Assembly: GCF_006345805.1 (NCBI RefSeq)
Contig: NC_042999.1
Location: 132,060,001 to 132,124,000, forward strand
From: Octopus sinensis
Taxonomy: Eukaryota
DNA length: 64,000 nt
Reading direction: 5' to 3'
Positions within the stretch are counted from its first letter, which is position 1. Each line of letters opens with the position of its first letter. The position numbers and the translations under genes are program-made. Below the pieces are notes generated by a model. The model did not search any database. It worked only from the letters and a program-made list of their open reading frames with translations, and was not told the DNA's origin. This document shows, piece after piece, positions 25,516 to 38,819 of the stretch.

Positions 25516-26735
25516 TATATGTGTGTATCTATGAATGTGTTTCTGTTTGTTCCCCACCACGACTTGATAACTGTTGTTGGTTTGTTTACATCCCTGTCAT
25601 TTAGCAGTCCGGCAAAAGAGACCAGCAGAATAAATATCAGGGTCGATTCATTTGACTAAAACCCTACAAGGTGCTGCTCCAGCATGGCCGCAGTCCAGTG
25701 ACTGAAACAAGTAGAAGATAAATGATAAAAGATACGTCTTGATTGACGTGGTGGGGGTGGAGTGATTGATAAAAGGCTTTTGCAAGGAATCTAAGGCATC
25801 GGCTGCACATTGGGCAGTGAAGAGATCCCAAGCAATGCATTGCACCCTACAAGTATATTTCATTCCACTGGTGGTTTTTAATCCTGAAAGCATTTCAAAG
25901 ATGTATGAATGACTTGTAGTTTGTGGTGAAGCCTCCATGTGTTGTGTTGCTGCCTTCTTTCAAGTGTAATCGCCGATGTAGCCTGTGTATTTTATGTATC
26001 CCAGAATGCACTTTGCTTCATCTCTGTGCTGTAAAAAGACATTTATAACTATTGGAGATTGGAGATAACTTCATCTTCATTGAGATAGTGTGGAGGGGAG
26101 GGGGGGACACCTCACCTCAGTTGTTTTCCTATGACACATAATAAGACATTAAATGCATACACAAGTTGAAGCAGACTCGCTCATTCTGCTTTATTACTTA
26201 TTCAAATTAACGCTCCCTCCCCTCACACCCTCGTTATAACTTGCTGTAGCTACTCTGCAACTGTTACCACTCCAACCACCCCTCCCACACTTTTTGCTCC
26301 TCCTACCATCACTACTCTCTCCTCCCTTCCTACCACTACTTCACTCTCACTCCACCTCCTTCCATTCTCTCATTACTCCTACCACCACGACATTTGTCCC
26401 TCCTACCACCATCACTACACTTCTTACCCCTTCCACCACTGCAACCACTCCTCCACTTTTACTCATTCAACTACTACTACTACATATTTCATCCCTCCTA
26501 CCACCACTATAGAAGTACCTCTCCAGCCACTACTGTCAACTGTTACTGTAGTTGACCTTCCTGTTTATTTGTTCCAGCAGCAGCTGTTACTGTTATTGTC
26601 TTCACCCACCTCCTCCGTTGGCAGTTTTCTTTTGCTGCTGCTCTTACAGCTTTTACCCCTCCCTATATGAATGCTACACTGCTTACATATACTTGCACTA
26701 CTTCTGTCAGCACCCACACACATATATATACACAC

Positions 26736-26780
<45 letters not shown>

Positions 26781-27154
26781 CACACACAGACATATATATA
26801 TACACACACACACACATACGTGCATCTTCTGTCACTGCTTGCTGTTGTTTACACCAGTAGCAGAAGTGGTGGCGGCGGTGGCAGCAGCAGAAGTATTACA
26901 TAAGTTAGGGTTCTTGTATTCAGTGCGGTGACATTACAGCAGCACCCTTTTTTTTTTTTTATTATACTTTAATGTGTTACTTAGCATAGAAGCAGTCAGT
27001 CATTCCCACACTTATTTTGTTGCAAAACATTATCACGGAACCCAAACCTTTATTTTACTAAGAAACTCCAACACTGCCCTAAATTTAATAAACTGCTAAA
27101 TAAAATTTAAATTATTTTAGCTAGATATTTTATATGTATAAAAAAAAAGAAGCA

Positions 27155-27580
27155 TACTCTCTTTTACTCTTTTACTTGTTTCAGTCATTTGACTGCGGCC
27201 ATGCTGGAGCACCGCCTTTAGTCGAGCAAATCGACCCCGGGACTTATTCTTTGTAAGCCCAGTACTTATTCTATCGGTCTCTTTTGCCGAACCGCTATGT
27301 GACGGGGACGTAAACACACCAGCATTGGTTGTCAAGCAATGCTAGGGGGACAAACACAGAGACACAACCCCCCCCCCCCACACACACACACACATATATA
27401 TATATATACATATATACGACAGGCTTCTTTCAGTTTCCGTCTACCAAATCCACTCACAAGGCATTGGTCGGCCCGGGGCTATAGCAGAAGACACTTGCCC
27501 AAGATGCCACGCAGTGGGACTGAACCCGGAACCATGTGGTTGGTTAGCAAGCTACTTACCACACAGCCACTCCTGTGCCT
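27155..27580 (-). mobile_element. SINE family 1, young full-length copy
   Basis: Near-consensus sequence with intact CpGs, from the tactctcttttact tail to the acacagccactcctgtgcct head. Confidence 0.9.
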
Positions 27581-29291
27581 ATGTATCACTTTGAAAATGA
27601 ATTTTTTTTTTGTTTGTTTGTTTGTTTTATGAATTTTTATTAGAATATTAGAAATCGATATTTGCACTGAGAACAGTAAGATCTGAAACAATTATTTGCA
27701 TATTTATTCTTAACATGTTCAGGCAGTTTTGAATGCAAATATGCTAATCATTGTTTTGTATGTCACAGGAGAACACCTCATTTTTTACTATGCCAATGTA
27801 CTCATAACACAACTTGATTCATTGGTGCAAGAAAATTCTGGGATACCTGTATCTTTGCATGATGTGTCTCATCAGTCAGAAGCATCTGGGCTTTTGAGCC
27901 TAAACAAGCAGCCAAACAGTTTGATGATCAGTGCTGATATTTGCCAGCCAATAATAAATCATTATTCATATCATGAACAGCAAGATCTGAAATGATAACT
28001 TGCATATTTATTATTAGTTTGTTGTGGCAGATTGGAATGCAGATATGCTAATCACTGTTGTGTGTGTCATAGAGCAACTTCTTTCACAATGACTGTATCT
28101 TTTACTTGTTTCACTCATTAGACTCAGCCATGCTGGGGCACTGCCTTGGAGAATTTTTTAGTTGAATAAATTGACCCCAGTATTTTTTTTAAGCTGAGTA
28201 CTTATTCTATTGGTCTCTTTGGCCAAACTGCTAAGTTATGGGGGCATAAACATGCCAGCACCAGTGGGGGACAAACAGACACAAAGACACACACATAAAT
28301 GACAGGCTTCTTTCAGTTTCTGTCTACCAAATCCTCTCACAGGGCTTTGATCGGCCTGAGACTTTAGTAGAAGACACTTGCCCAAAGTGCCATGCAGTGG
28401 GACTGAACCTGAAATGAAGACTTTGGGAAGCAAACCTCTTACCACACAGCCACGCCTGTCTTGGTAACGACTCAACTCATTGGTGCAAGGGATTCTGGGA
28501 CACCTTAACTTGCAGAACCCAAGGGTTTCCTGGAATCCATGTTGGGGAAACACTAGAAGCAGAGTTATTACTTTACTTAGTACACTAGTATTGACATAGT
28601 GTTGGTATATAATGCAATGATACTGTGTATTGTGTCACTGAAGAGTTCAGTTCTGTCCTAGCATAATAACTCCTGTTCATTTCCTCCTCTCCTCATACAT
28701 TTCTTTTGTTGTTGTTGTTGTTGTTCCCAATTGTGTAGGCTAAACAACAATAACAGCAGTTCTCATTTCCCACTGAATAGAAACTATGATCAGTGGGCAT
28801 TCCAGTCATGACAACCACTCCAGCTTTTGTGTGTGTATCAGGAACTAAGATGGTTGGTTATTATTTGAGAGAGATTTGGCTGCTATTTTTGACAAGTCAT
28901 TCTCTAAAAATTTTTCCTGTTGGGACATGATATTGTCTGTGGGACAATCAGGTGTCTCAAACAAATGAAAGTCATTACTCACTGTACATTTATTACTTAA
29001 TAAGTTATTACATAATGTATAGTGTGTCATTTCTCAGTTCGTGTACAATTATTATTATTAAGTAAGTTATGGTGGTGTATAGTTATTACTCAGTATATAG
29101 TTATTACTTTATAAGTGATTATTCAGTAGGTTGTAATTAGATGTATAATTATCCAGTGTATTATTATCCCCTTCAAGTTATTACTTAGTGAGTTATTTTT
29201 CTGTGTACTGTTATTACTCCTATGGAATTTGCAGAACCATACAGACTGAAATGCTTCCTAGTTGTGATTACATGTTCAATCCACCCATCTT

Positions 29292-29416
<125 letters not shown>

Positions 29417-29545
29417 TCTTTCTTTCTTTCTTTCCATATTTCTGCTAGGATGCATTTTATGAACTCCCTTTTCTCCATACCGTTTACCTCCTAAATTGAT
29501 ATTAATTAATTATTAATGATAATAATCTACTTTCTAATCACACAG

Positions 29546-29638
29546 AGCAATGTTGAGAAAGTGAAGGAATATCTTCCAAATGGTTTTGAGCCAATGATAA
29601 GAATTTTGAAGAAGTTTTTAGGTTTCATGAATCTTACG
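29546..29638 (+). CDS. WAPL: WAPL coding exon G
   Basis: ctaat branch-like site and cacag acceptor, gtaagt donor. Encodes SNVEKVKEYLPNGFEPMIRILKKFLGFMNLT, comparable to vertebrate [27 protein letters not shown]. 93 nt. Confidence 0.97.
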
Positions 29639-30792
29639 GTAAGTTGCTGTCTTATTGTTCACATACAAGCATTTTCCTTCTGTTCTACTACAGGCATACC
29701 TCATCTTTGGTGGGTAAATTGTTTCCAAAATATGCAACTTAACTTGACCAACAATGCAATACGAAAAAACATTCTAAAAATCTTTATTAGCTTATATCTG
29801 TTTTAACAAATGATTTATATACATCATCAGCTTCAGCATCATTTAATGCCTATTTCCCATACTAGCATGGATTGGATGGTTTGACAGGAGCTGAGAAGTA
29901 GGAGAGCTTCTTCAGGCTCCAACTGTTTACAGCTGGATGCCCTTTCTAACACCAGCCACTTTACAGAATGTACTTAGTGGTGCCAGCATGGGTGCTTTAT
30001 ACGTAGGCATTGGCAAGGGTGCTTTTTATGCAACACCAGCACCTGTGAGCTCACAAGGAAAAGACTTCTTGGCTGAGAGAGGGAGCGGTGGGTATGGCTG
30101 TATGTATGTATGGGTAGGATATGCCTGAAAGTATTTTATGTGATTTTGTAGTGTGATGTTGAGTTTTTTAGGCATTTAAAAATTTCTTATACTTTTAAAT
30201 GTGTTCATTGTAACTGACCGTAAAGTCATAAATTGATTGAATTTGAGGATTGTTTTTCCATTTATTTCTTTAAAAGAAAACAAATAAGTTGAGGTATGCC
30301 TTTGTATTGTCTCTCTGACATCCATTTATGTCAATAAATTAGGTGTAGGCATACCTGTGTGGTAAGAATTTTGTCTCCCAACCGCATGGTTTCAGGTTCG
30401 GTCTTGGGGTTTGGGGCTATAGTAGAAGAAGCTTTGACATCTAGGCCAAATATCCTCTGCTATAGCCCCAAGCCAGCCAACACTGTGTGTGGATTTGGTG
30501 GACAGAAACCGAAAGACGTCCACTGTGTGTGTGTGTGTGTGCATGTGCTGGTCATAGGGATCATCTCCTCGATTGGAAACAGGTGAGGGTTGGTGACAGG
30601 AAGGTCATCCAGATGTAGAAAATCGATCTCAATAATTTCCATCCAACCCAAGCAAGTGTGGAGAAGAAGAAGTTGAAGGATGATGATGATGACACCAAAG
30701 CTAATCACTTAACTGCGTGGATCAATTGTTGTTTGTAATTGTATTCATTGTCATCAATGTTTTAACATGTGTTTTGCTATATTAGCTTAGAT

Positions 30793-31496
30793 CAGTGGTT
30801 CTCAAACAGGGTTCATATGAATTTTTCGGCAGTCCACACAAGCAAAATAGTAAATCGGAGACTCACATGTAGTTTGCTAAAGGTCTATGGAAAATTTTTA
30901 TTTAGATGTATTTACTGCAAGAAGCAATTGGGTTTCTTTCCTTAACATAGTTCAGCTGTCACAAGTGATTAAATGAAATGCAAAATAGTAATTTTGAAAG
31001 AAGTATCTATGAAACTAGTTTTTAAACATCAAATAGCTATGGGGGTCCACCAGAATGAAATAAGGGGTCTATATACTCTTTACTCTCTTTTACTTGTTTC
31101 AGTCATTTGACTGCGGCCATGCTGGAGCACCGCCTTTAGTTGAGCAAATCGACCCCTGGACTTATTCTTTGTAAGCCTAGTACTTATTCTATTGGTCTCT
31201 TTTACCGAACCACTAAGTTACAGAGACGTAAACACGCCAGCATCAGTTGTCAAGTGATGTGGGGGGGGGGGGGCACACACACACATATATATACATATGC
31301 TTATATATATGAGCTTCTTTCAGTTTCCGTCTACCAAATCCTCTCACAAGGCTTTAGTCGGCCCGAGGCTATAGTAGAAAACACTTGCCCAAGGTGCCAC
31401 GCAGTGGGACTGAACCCGGAACTATGTGGTTGGTAAGCAAGCTACTTATCACACAGCCACTCATGCGCCCATATAGAAAATGGTTGAGAACCCCTG
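30793..31496. mobile_element. hAT-type MITE with a nested SINE family 1 copy (31074-31470, -)
   Basis: TIRs cagtggttctcaa / ttgagaacccctg. 8-bp TSD gcttagat / acttagct (6 of 8 identical). Confidence 0.75.
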
Positions 31497-32504
31497 ACTT
31501 AGCTAGATTACACAGGCCTGTCATACAGTATATTGATTGACATTCATTTCAATCTTCTAGTATTATTACTACTACTACTGCAAGGCAAAAGTGTTGTTTT
31601 TTTTGAGTTCTAGCCTCATAGAAATAATCCTTGTATCTTCCCTCAGTATCCTTCTCTATGACTGCAATCTCCTCTGATCAAATTTTGGTTATCAGCTAAT
31701 CTAATTGCAAACTACACTATACCATACTGAAGCTTCCATCACTCCAAGATTTCAGCTTCAGCTATCTTGACTACTAACTCTCATTAGCTAATTTCATCCA
31801 ATTGATGTGACTGACTGGCACTTCAGCTAATAACTGCAAATGTAGGCAACATACTACTGGAATAATATCTTCGTTGATGCTGCTCTCCTTTTGATGTCCA
31901 CTTTTCCATGCTTTTAAGGGGTGGGTGGAATTTGTTAAGATAAATTTTCTATGCCCTTCCTGTCATCAACCCTCACCTGTTTATTTGTAAGGTAATATTT
32001 CTCCATGATCAGACATGTTTTTCACAAAAGTTTGGAAATGAAAAAACCTGCTTACATGATAGTTACACTCATTTACAACTATCATACAATTTTAAAACAA
32101 GAAGGCATGAAAGAAAAGGGCACTCAGCACATTTAGTAGGAGTTAAATGTATTATTTAAAATAGTTTGATTTGGTTTCGCTGGCCTCTAACAGAGGCTTG
32201 TTTCCTTCAGACTTTAGATTATCTGAAAGAGGCGGGTTTCTGTAAAACTAAGTCGCATGGAACTGAAATCAAGCTGTTTTAAATAATATATATTTAGTAC
32301 AAAGTAAGATAGGGGTTATGAGGGTAACCCACTATGGGATATCAGTTATCCAATATACTGCTGGTGAAGCACCCAAATGCTAAATACATAAATGCTTATA
32401 ATTGCAATGTTCCTATTTATATAGTTAATAAATAATATGAAGTGGTAATATCTGTAAATTGATGATTGAAATGAATTTGTTCCTCCATTTTCTCATATAT
32501 GGAC

Positions 32505-32850
32505 GAAGGCAGCTGTGTAAAGAAGTGCCAATCCCTAACCGTGGAAGAGGTAGACCTAGGAAGTCATGGGACAAGGTGGTGAAGCATGACCTTCGGATGT
32601 TGGGCCTTGCAGAGGCAATAACAAATGACCAAGACTTTCTGCAAGTGAAATTGTAGTCGTGGCGGATACTGGTGTCACACAACTGGCATCCGTGCCAGTG
32701 ACACGTAACAGCACCCATTACACTCTCGGAGTGGTTGGTGTTAGGAAGGGCATCCAGCCATAGAAATCATGCCAAATCAGACTGGAGTTTGGTGCAGCTC
32801 CTCAACTTACCAGCCCTGATCAAACCGTCCAGCCCATGCCAGCATCTACG
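32505..32850 (+). mobile_element. RTE LINE 3' fragment
   Basis: RGRGRPRKSWDKVVKHDLRMLGLAEAITNDQD followed by the RTE-type 3'UTR. Confidence 0.8.
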
Positions 32851-33107
32851 AGTATGTTAAATGATCATATATCTATACAGCAAGTGTCTGTCAGTTTCTG
32901 TCTACCAAATCAACTCATTGGTGTCAGTCCAGAGCTACAGTAGAGGACACTTGCTCAAGGTGTCACACAGTGGTATTAAACCTGGAACCTCTTACCATAC
33001 ATGCCTGTGTCTAGCCTATTTAGCTTGTTATTTTATTTGCTTACAACAGATTAGATCCATTTGTTTCTCTTTTCTAATGTATTTGTTTGTTTGTTTGTTT
33101 TTTTCAG

Positions 33108-33173
33108 AGTGCTTCTGGTGGATCAGGAAGTCGTTCAATTGCTCGAGTCATCGAGACTCTGGAAGCTTGTTAA
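33108..33173 (+). CDS. WAPL: WAPL terminal coding exon H, including stop codon
   Basis: T-rich tract and ttcag acceptor. Encodes SASGGSGSRSIARVIETLEAC followed by TAA, comparable to the vertebrate C-terminus GQKSISRVIEYLEHC*. Confidence 0.96.
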   Translation, partial: SASGGSGSRSIARVIETLEAC

Positions 33174-33230
33174 ATAAATCTGCAGTGATTTCTGCTTTTG
33201 TATTTTACTGAAATCCCACCCTTGTTCCTC

Positions 33231-33290
<60 letters not shown>

Positions 33291-34358
33291 ATTTTCTCAA
33301 TTATGCTATTCTTTTTAGCCATGCCAAGAGTCCATTGATTTCTCATCATCATTCATTGTACCACATCAAGTCTCCAACATGTTGCCTCATTCAGTAAGTG
33401 CTTCGCAGAGATTGCTTAGAAAATCTTGTCGCACCATCAAGAATATAGTCCCCACCCCCTCCCCCACATTTCTTCTTCTTCTTCTCTCTCTCTCTCTCTC
33501 TTTCGCTCTCTCTAAATTTTGCTTTAGTTTCAAACTTTCCTCTTCTCCCTATCTTAATGCCTCCCTCTTCTCCCTCTTTCTCTCTCCTCTAAGTGATGTA
33601 TGAGTACTAATTTTACTCTACAATACATAGAAATTGATTTAGATGATTGGGTTGAAGACAATGTTAATAGTGCAGCTATTATGGTGGCCCATACCTGGGC
33701 AATCAGTATGGAAAATCTATGATGAAGACCACTGCATCAATCAATCAATTCAATTGTCTATTTTGTTTTCAAAACAAAAGAAATGTTTATTTTCTCATAT
33801 GGACAGAAAAAGAAAACTGTATACACAAAAAGTGGAAAGATGATTTATAATTTTGACTTTGGGTATAATGTGGGCTAACAATACAGTAGAATAGGACAAC
33901 AACATGTTCAATTTATATAACAGGGTAATAGCATGTTGTGGTATTGTACAACAGGGTAACAAAATGTCATATCATAAAGTAGAATAATTATATGTCACTG
34001 TAATATAGCAAGCAGCATTTTGTCTGATATACCTATGCCTATGTATTTCATTACATTTTATATATGTATATATATAGATACTATTGATTGCAATGTCAAC
34101 TTGAAATAGATCTTTAAAAACTCAATGAAGAGCTAACAAATAGAATAAATAGTTTTGTACCTCTTCTCATCTCCCCTCATCCCTACCTCTTTCCCATGTC
34201 CAAGTTACATGTTCATGCACACACACACATGTTATATTTACAATAATTAACAACCAATCTGCTGGCCTTATATAGAGAGATACAGTTATATTTTAGTTGA
34301 TATAATGTATTGACATATTTGAATGTTTGGTTGTTGTTACTGGTCACTGTAAAGACTG

Positions 34359-34394
<36 letters not shown>

Positions 34395-36026
34395 GTGTGT
34401 AGTGTCAGTAGAATTAGTACTGGGGTTTCAACAGAATATCAACAGTTGCTTTCGGCATCTATTGTGATGTTGCTGGCATCATTTGTTGGTGAATTGTTTA
34501 TTACAGATTTGGAACACAGAATTGAATTGGTAGAATTGGGGAGTTGAACTGAAAGCATGGCGAATGGGACTGATAGAATGGACAGTTGGACTAGTAGTGG
34601 CATCAGATGAATTGCTGGAGTGTAGAGATGGACTGGTAGAATGGATAGTTGAACTTGTAGAGTGGGAGGTAGACTGAGAGTGTTGGGGTGAGGTTGTATT
34701 GCTACAGTGGAAAGTTGGGCCGGTACAGTTGCAAGTGGATTTGGTAGAATTGTGAGTTGGACAGAAAGAGTTAGACTGGTAGAGTTTAGAGAGGGACTGA
34801 TAGAATGAGAGTTGGACCTGTAGAGTGGGAGTTGGACTGTAGAGTTGAGAATTGGACTGGTAGAATTGAGAGTTTGACTGGCAGTCTGGTGAAATTATTT
34901 AACATCTACAGGTGTGGGCAACTGAGGCAGACTTCATAAGCTAGCTACTGTCTTATTCAATTATCCTCTCTGCTAATTTTTTCCCTTCTCTGTTCCTCTC
35001 CAAGTCCCTCCCTTATACCCACCATACACAAACACATGCACACAACACACTCACAAACTGTCATAATTATTTGAGTTTTCACTTCTGATGAACCGACTAA
35101 ACAGATAGGTATCAACTATAAACTTGACCCTGCATAACTAATAAACCTTCAAACCAAACCATCTTTGATCATCTTTTAACTATTTCCAGCCCCCTTTTTC
35201 CTCCTTCAGTTATGCTGTCCACTTGTTTCTATTTTGTCCTGTTGTTGTTGTTTTTCTTCTCCCCTCCTCCAACTATTTTACTTGTACTTTACTTTTCCTC
35301 CTCCCTCCTCCTCCTCCGTTGCGTGCCTTTCTCTCTGATATACACTCTTCCTACTCCTCTAGACACACACACACACACATACACACTATCAATGAGATAT
35401 CACTTTAAATTTCCTCCCACGATACCTTAGAATCCAATCGTGAAGTCAAGTTGGTCACCAAATTATTATCATTTTCATAATCATTATCACTATTATTATT
35501 ATGATTATTATTATTATTATTGTATAAACACTATCATCAATATTATAATAATTATTAATATAATTCTTCTTGTTAATATTATTATTAATATCATCATTAC
35601 CCATAGTTGTTCTCCTAATAAAAACCAAGAAACAAAAATAAAATACCAACAAAAAAACGTTTTTAAACTATGAAAAAAATATTATTTTTATTTTATTATT
35701 TTGTAAATTATTCGAGTATGTTTCATCCTTGTGCTGTCTTTCTTGGCATGGCTCCACTGTGCATATGTAACTATAACTTAGTGTGCATCATACAGTTTTT
35801 ACCTACTGCATGTATGACCGCATCTGTTTTATATATGTGTATATCAGCATCTGCGTGTATGTGTGTATTCGAATCAGTGTATAGTGTAATGCGTGTGTGT
35901 GTGTGTATACATATATGTATAACTATGTGTATGTATATCGTGTATATATGTATATATATGTGTGTGTATATGTATGCGTATATATGTGTGTGTGTATATA
36001 TATATATGTATATATATGTATGTATG

Positions 36027-36085
<59 letters not shown>

Positions 36086-36775
36086 GTCAAGTGCAATTGT
36101 ATGCATTTCTGCACTTACGTGCATTTCATATTAATATGCATTGTGTGAAGATGAAGAAAAATAAAAATATATGCTCTGAACCCCATGTAAGCATGGAAAA
36201 ATAGACATGGAATAATGAAGACGATGTTGATGAGAGAATTAAACATTCTAAAATAATGGGACAAAGACAAAAACAAAACAAAAATGATATAAAAAGAATC
36301 ACCAATCTGAAATAATTGATGGGCGGGAGGTGAATGAAATAACTGTACAGGGTTACTTAATGAAACAAAATTATTTCATCAAAATACTTGAGGACTATTA
36401 AATGTGCCATTTTTTAATTTTTATTTTTTTCAATTTTTTTTTTTTTTTTACAGTGGCAAAACTGGGGAAGACTTTCACTTTCCCTGCTCTCCCCTCTCTT
36501 TTTTTTATTATTGTCTGTTTTTCAAGGCAGGTGGGATGGGCTGGGTAGGTGGTTGATCTATGCACTTCTCTGCTGCGTTTACTACTTGTTCTAAAAGAAG
36601 CAGTTGGCAGCGAAGAGAAAGGCTAACAACAGCGTTATTGTGGAGATCTACATGGAGTCAGCTGTTCGACTGCTCTCTCCCCTTTACCATTTTGGTGCAA
36701 CTGTATCAGTAGGTGTAAATGTTCATCTAATGTAGTTTCTGCACAATAAAGATATTTTTACAAGGAATTTCTTCA
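33174..36775 (+). other. WAPL: Probable long WAPL 3'UTR (end uncertain)
   Basis: About 3.6 kb after the stop is nearly free of the SINEs that fill the introns. AATAAA occurs at 33173, 34144, 35140, 35617, 35637, 36160 and 36745, and the last is followed by a T-rich tract. SINEs resume at about 36.85 kb. Confidence 0.5.
34520..34885 (+). repeat. Degenerate ~20-21-bp purine-rich minisatellite
   Basis: Recurring unit approximately ggtagaatTgagagttggact (e.g. 34631, 34795, 34855). Confidence 0.8.
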
Positions 36776-37913
36776 TAATTTTTTTTTTTTCATTCTCATA
36801 TTGTTCTATTGTAAATCTGTTGCAATTTGTACATGCATATGTGTGTATGTGTATAAATATATGTGTGTATGTGAATGCATGTGCGTATGTCTGGTAAGAA
36901 GTTTGCTTCACACCCACATGGTTTTGGGTTCAGTTCCATTGTGTGGAACCTTGGGCAAATGTGTTCGATTATAAACCTGGGCCAACCAAAGCTTTGCAAG
37001 TGGATTTGGTAGAGAAAAACTGAAAGAAGCCTGCCATATATATTATGTGTGTGTGTGTATGATGGACTCTCCAGAACAACCTGCACAAATGATTTGTTTA
37101 TAGTGATCAAATGTTCATGCCACACATTAGCTCACTCTCTCCATCAAATAAACGTTGCCTGAACGTGTGCATGGTATACCACACATCATGTGTCAAAGTG
37201 ATCACAGAGCAACATGAGATGAAGTGTTTTGCTCAAGAGAACAACGCATTACCCAGTCTTGGAATTGAAATCAAGATTGTCAGATCATTGGTGCAACACC
37301 CTAACCCCTAAGCCATGCGCCATCATATATATATATGTGTGTGTGTGTGTGTTTTTTCTTTACATACCATGATAGTTGTAAAATGATTGTCACCATCATT
37401 CACCTCCAGTATTCTGCAAGAACATGTCTAGTCACTGAAATATTACCTTGCCTGGAAAGGGGTCAGGGTTGGTGGCACGAAGGGCATCTGACCATAGAAA
37501 ATCTGCCTGAGTGATATCCATCCGACCCTTACAAGCTTGGAAAAGTGGATGTTATGATAATTATATTCAAATATCATTTGTCTTGTTTTAGTTATTGGAC
37601 TGCAGCCATGCTGGGATACATCTTAAAGAGTTTTAGTCAAACAAACTGACCCCAATAATTATTTTCTTAAAGTTTGGTAGTTATTCTATCTGTTTTTTGC
37701 AGAACCACTAAGGTATGGGGATGTAAACAAACCAGTCCTGGTTATCAAGCTGTGAGAGGGATAGACACATAGAATGGGCTTTCAGTTTCTGTCTACCAAA
37801 TCCTTTCACAAGCCTTTGGTTGATCCAGAGCTGTTTAGTTCAAAGGTGCCATGCAGTGGGACTGAACCCGGAAGCAAACTTCTTACCATGCACCAGAATA
37901 TATATATATATAT

Positions 37914-38284
37914 TCTTTTATTTGTTTCAGTCATTTGACTGTGGCCATGCTGGAGCACCGCCTTTTAGTCGAACAAATCGACCCCAGGACTTATTCTTTG
38001 TAAGCCTAGTTCTTATTCTGTCAGTTTCTTTTGCTGAACTGCTAATTTACAGGGATGTAAACACACCAGCATTGGTTGTCAAGCAATGTTCGGGGGACAA
38101 ACACACACACATACATATATATGACCGGCTTCTTTCAGTTTCCGTCTACCGAATCCACTCACAAGGCTCTGGTCGGCCTGAGGCTATAGTAGAAATCACT
38201 TGCCCAAGGTGTCACGCATTGGGACTGAACCAGGAACCATGTGGTTGGTAAGCAAGCTACTTACCACACAGCCACTCCTGCGCC

Positions 38285-38286
<2 letters not shown>
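37914..38286 (-). mobile_element. SINE family 1, full-length copy
   Basis: Reverse-complement match to the family consensus, ending acacagccactcctgcgcct. Confidence 0.9.
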
Positions 38287-38316
<30 letters not shown>

Positions 38317-38819
38317 GGGTTAGATTGATTTTTAAAAAGTTTTGATTCCAGTATTCTTTTATTTTCTCTATCTTGACTGGGACACTACTTTTGAGAGATT
38401 TTAGTTGAATGTATTGGATCCTAATACTGATATTTAAAAAGATCTGGTACTTATTCCATTGGTCTCTTTTGCCAAAGTGCTAAGTTATGGGGATGTAAAC
38501 ACACACACACATATACGGCGGGGCATCTTTCAGTTTCTATCTACCAAATCCACTCACAAGGCTTGGTTAACCCAGGGCTATTGTAGAAGACGCTTGCCCA
38601 AGATGCCACACAGTGGGACTGAACCTGAAGCCATGTAGTTGGGAAGCAAGCTTCTTGTCACACAATCACACCTGTTTGTTATTTGTTTATAATTTTTTTG
38701 TTTTCTAGAAATTACACTTTCATTTTTGTTATTTATTTATTTATCATTAATGTTATTCTTCTTTAGATTTAAAATAGTGTTTTGTGTTTCTGACATGCCA
38801 GGAAGAAAATAGTATCTTT

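Noticed and set aside
35670-36204. ORFs rich in IY/CV/HT/SL/RE repeats here and at many other positions
   Set aside because: They are translations of dinucleotide and trinucleotide microsatellites, with no splice or homology support.
37820-38251. Recurrent peptides such as FYLFQSFDCGHAGAPP and LSVSVYQIHSQG...TCPRCHAVGLNPEPCGW, suggesting a gene family
   Set aside because: They are antisense translations of SINE family 1 copies.
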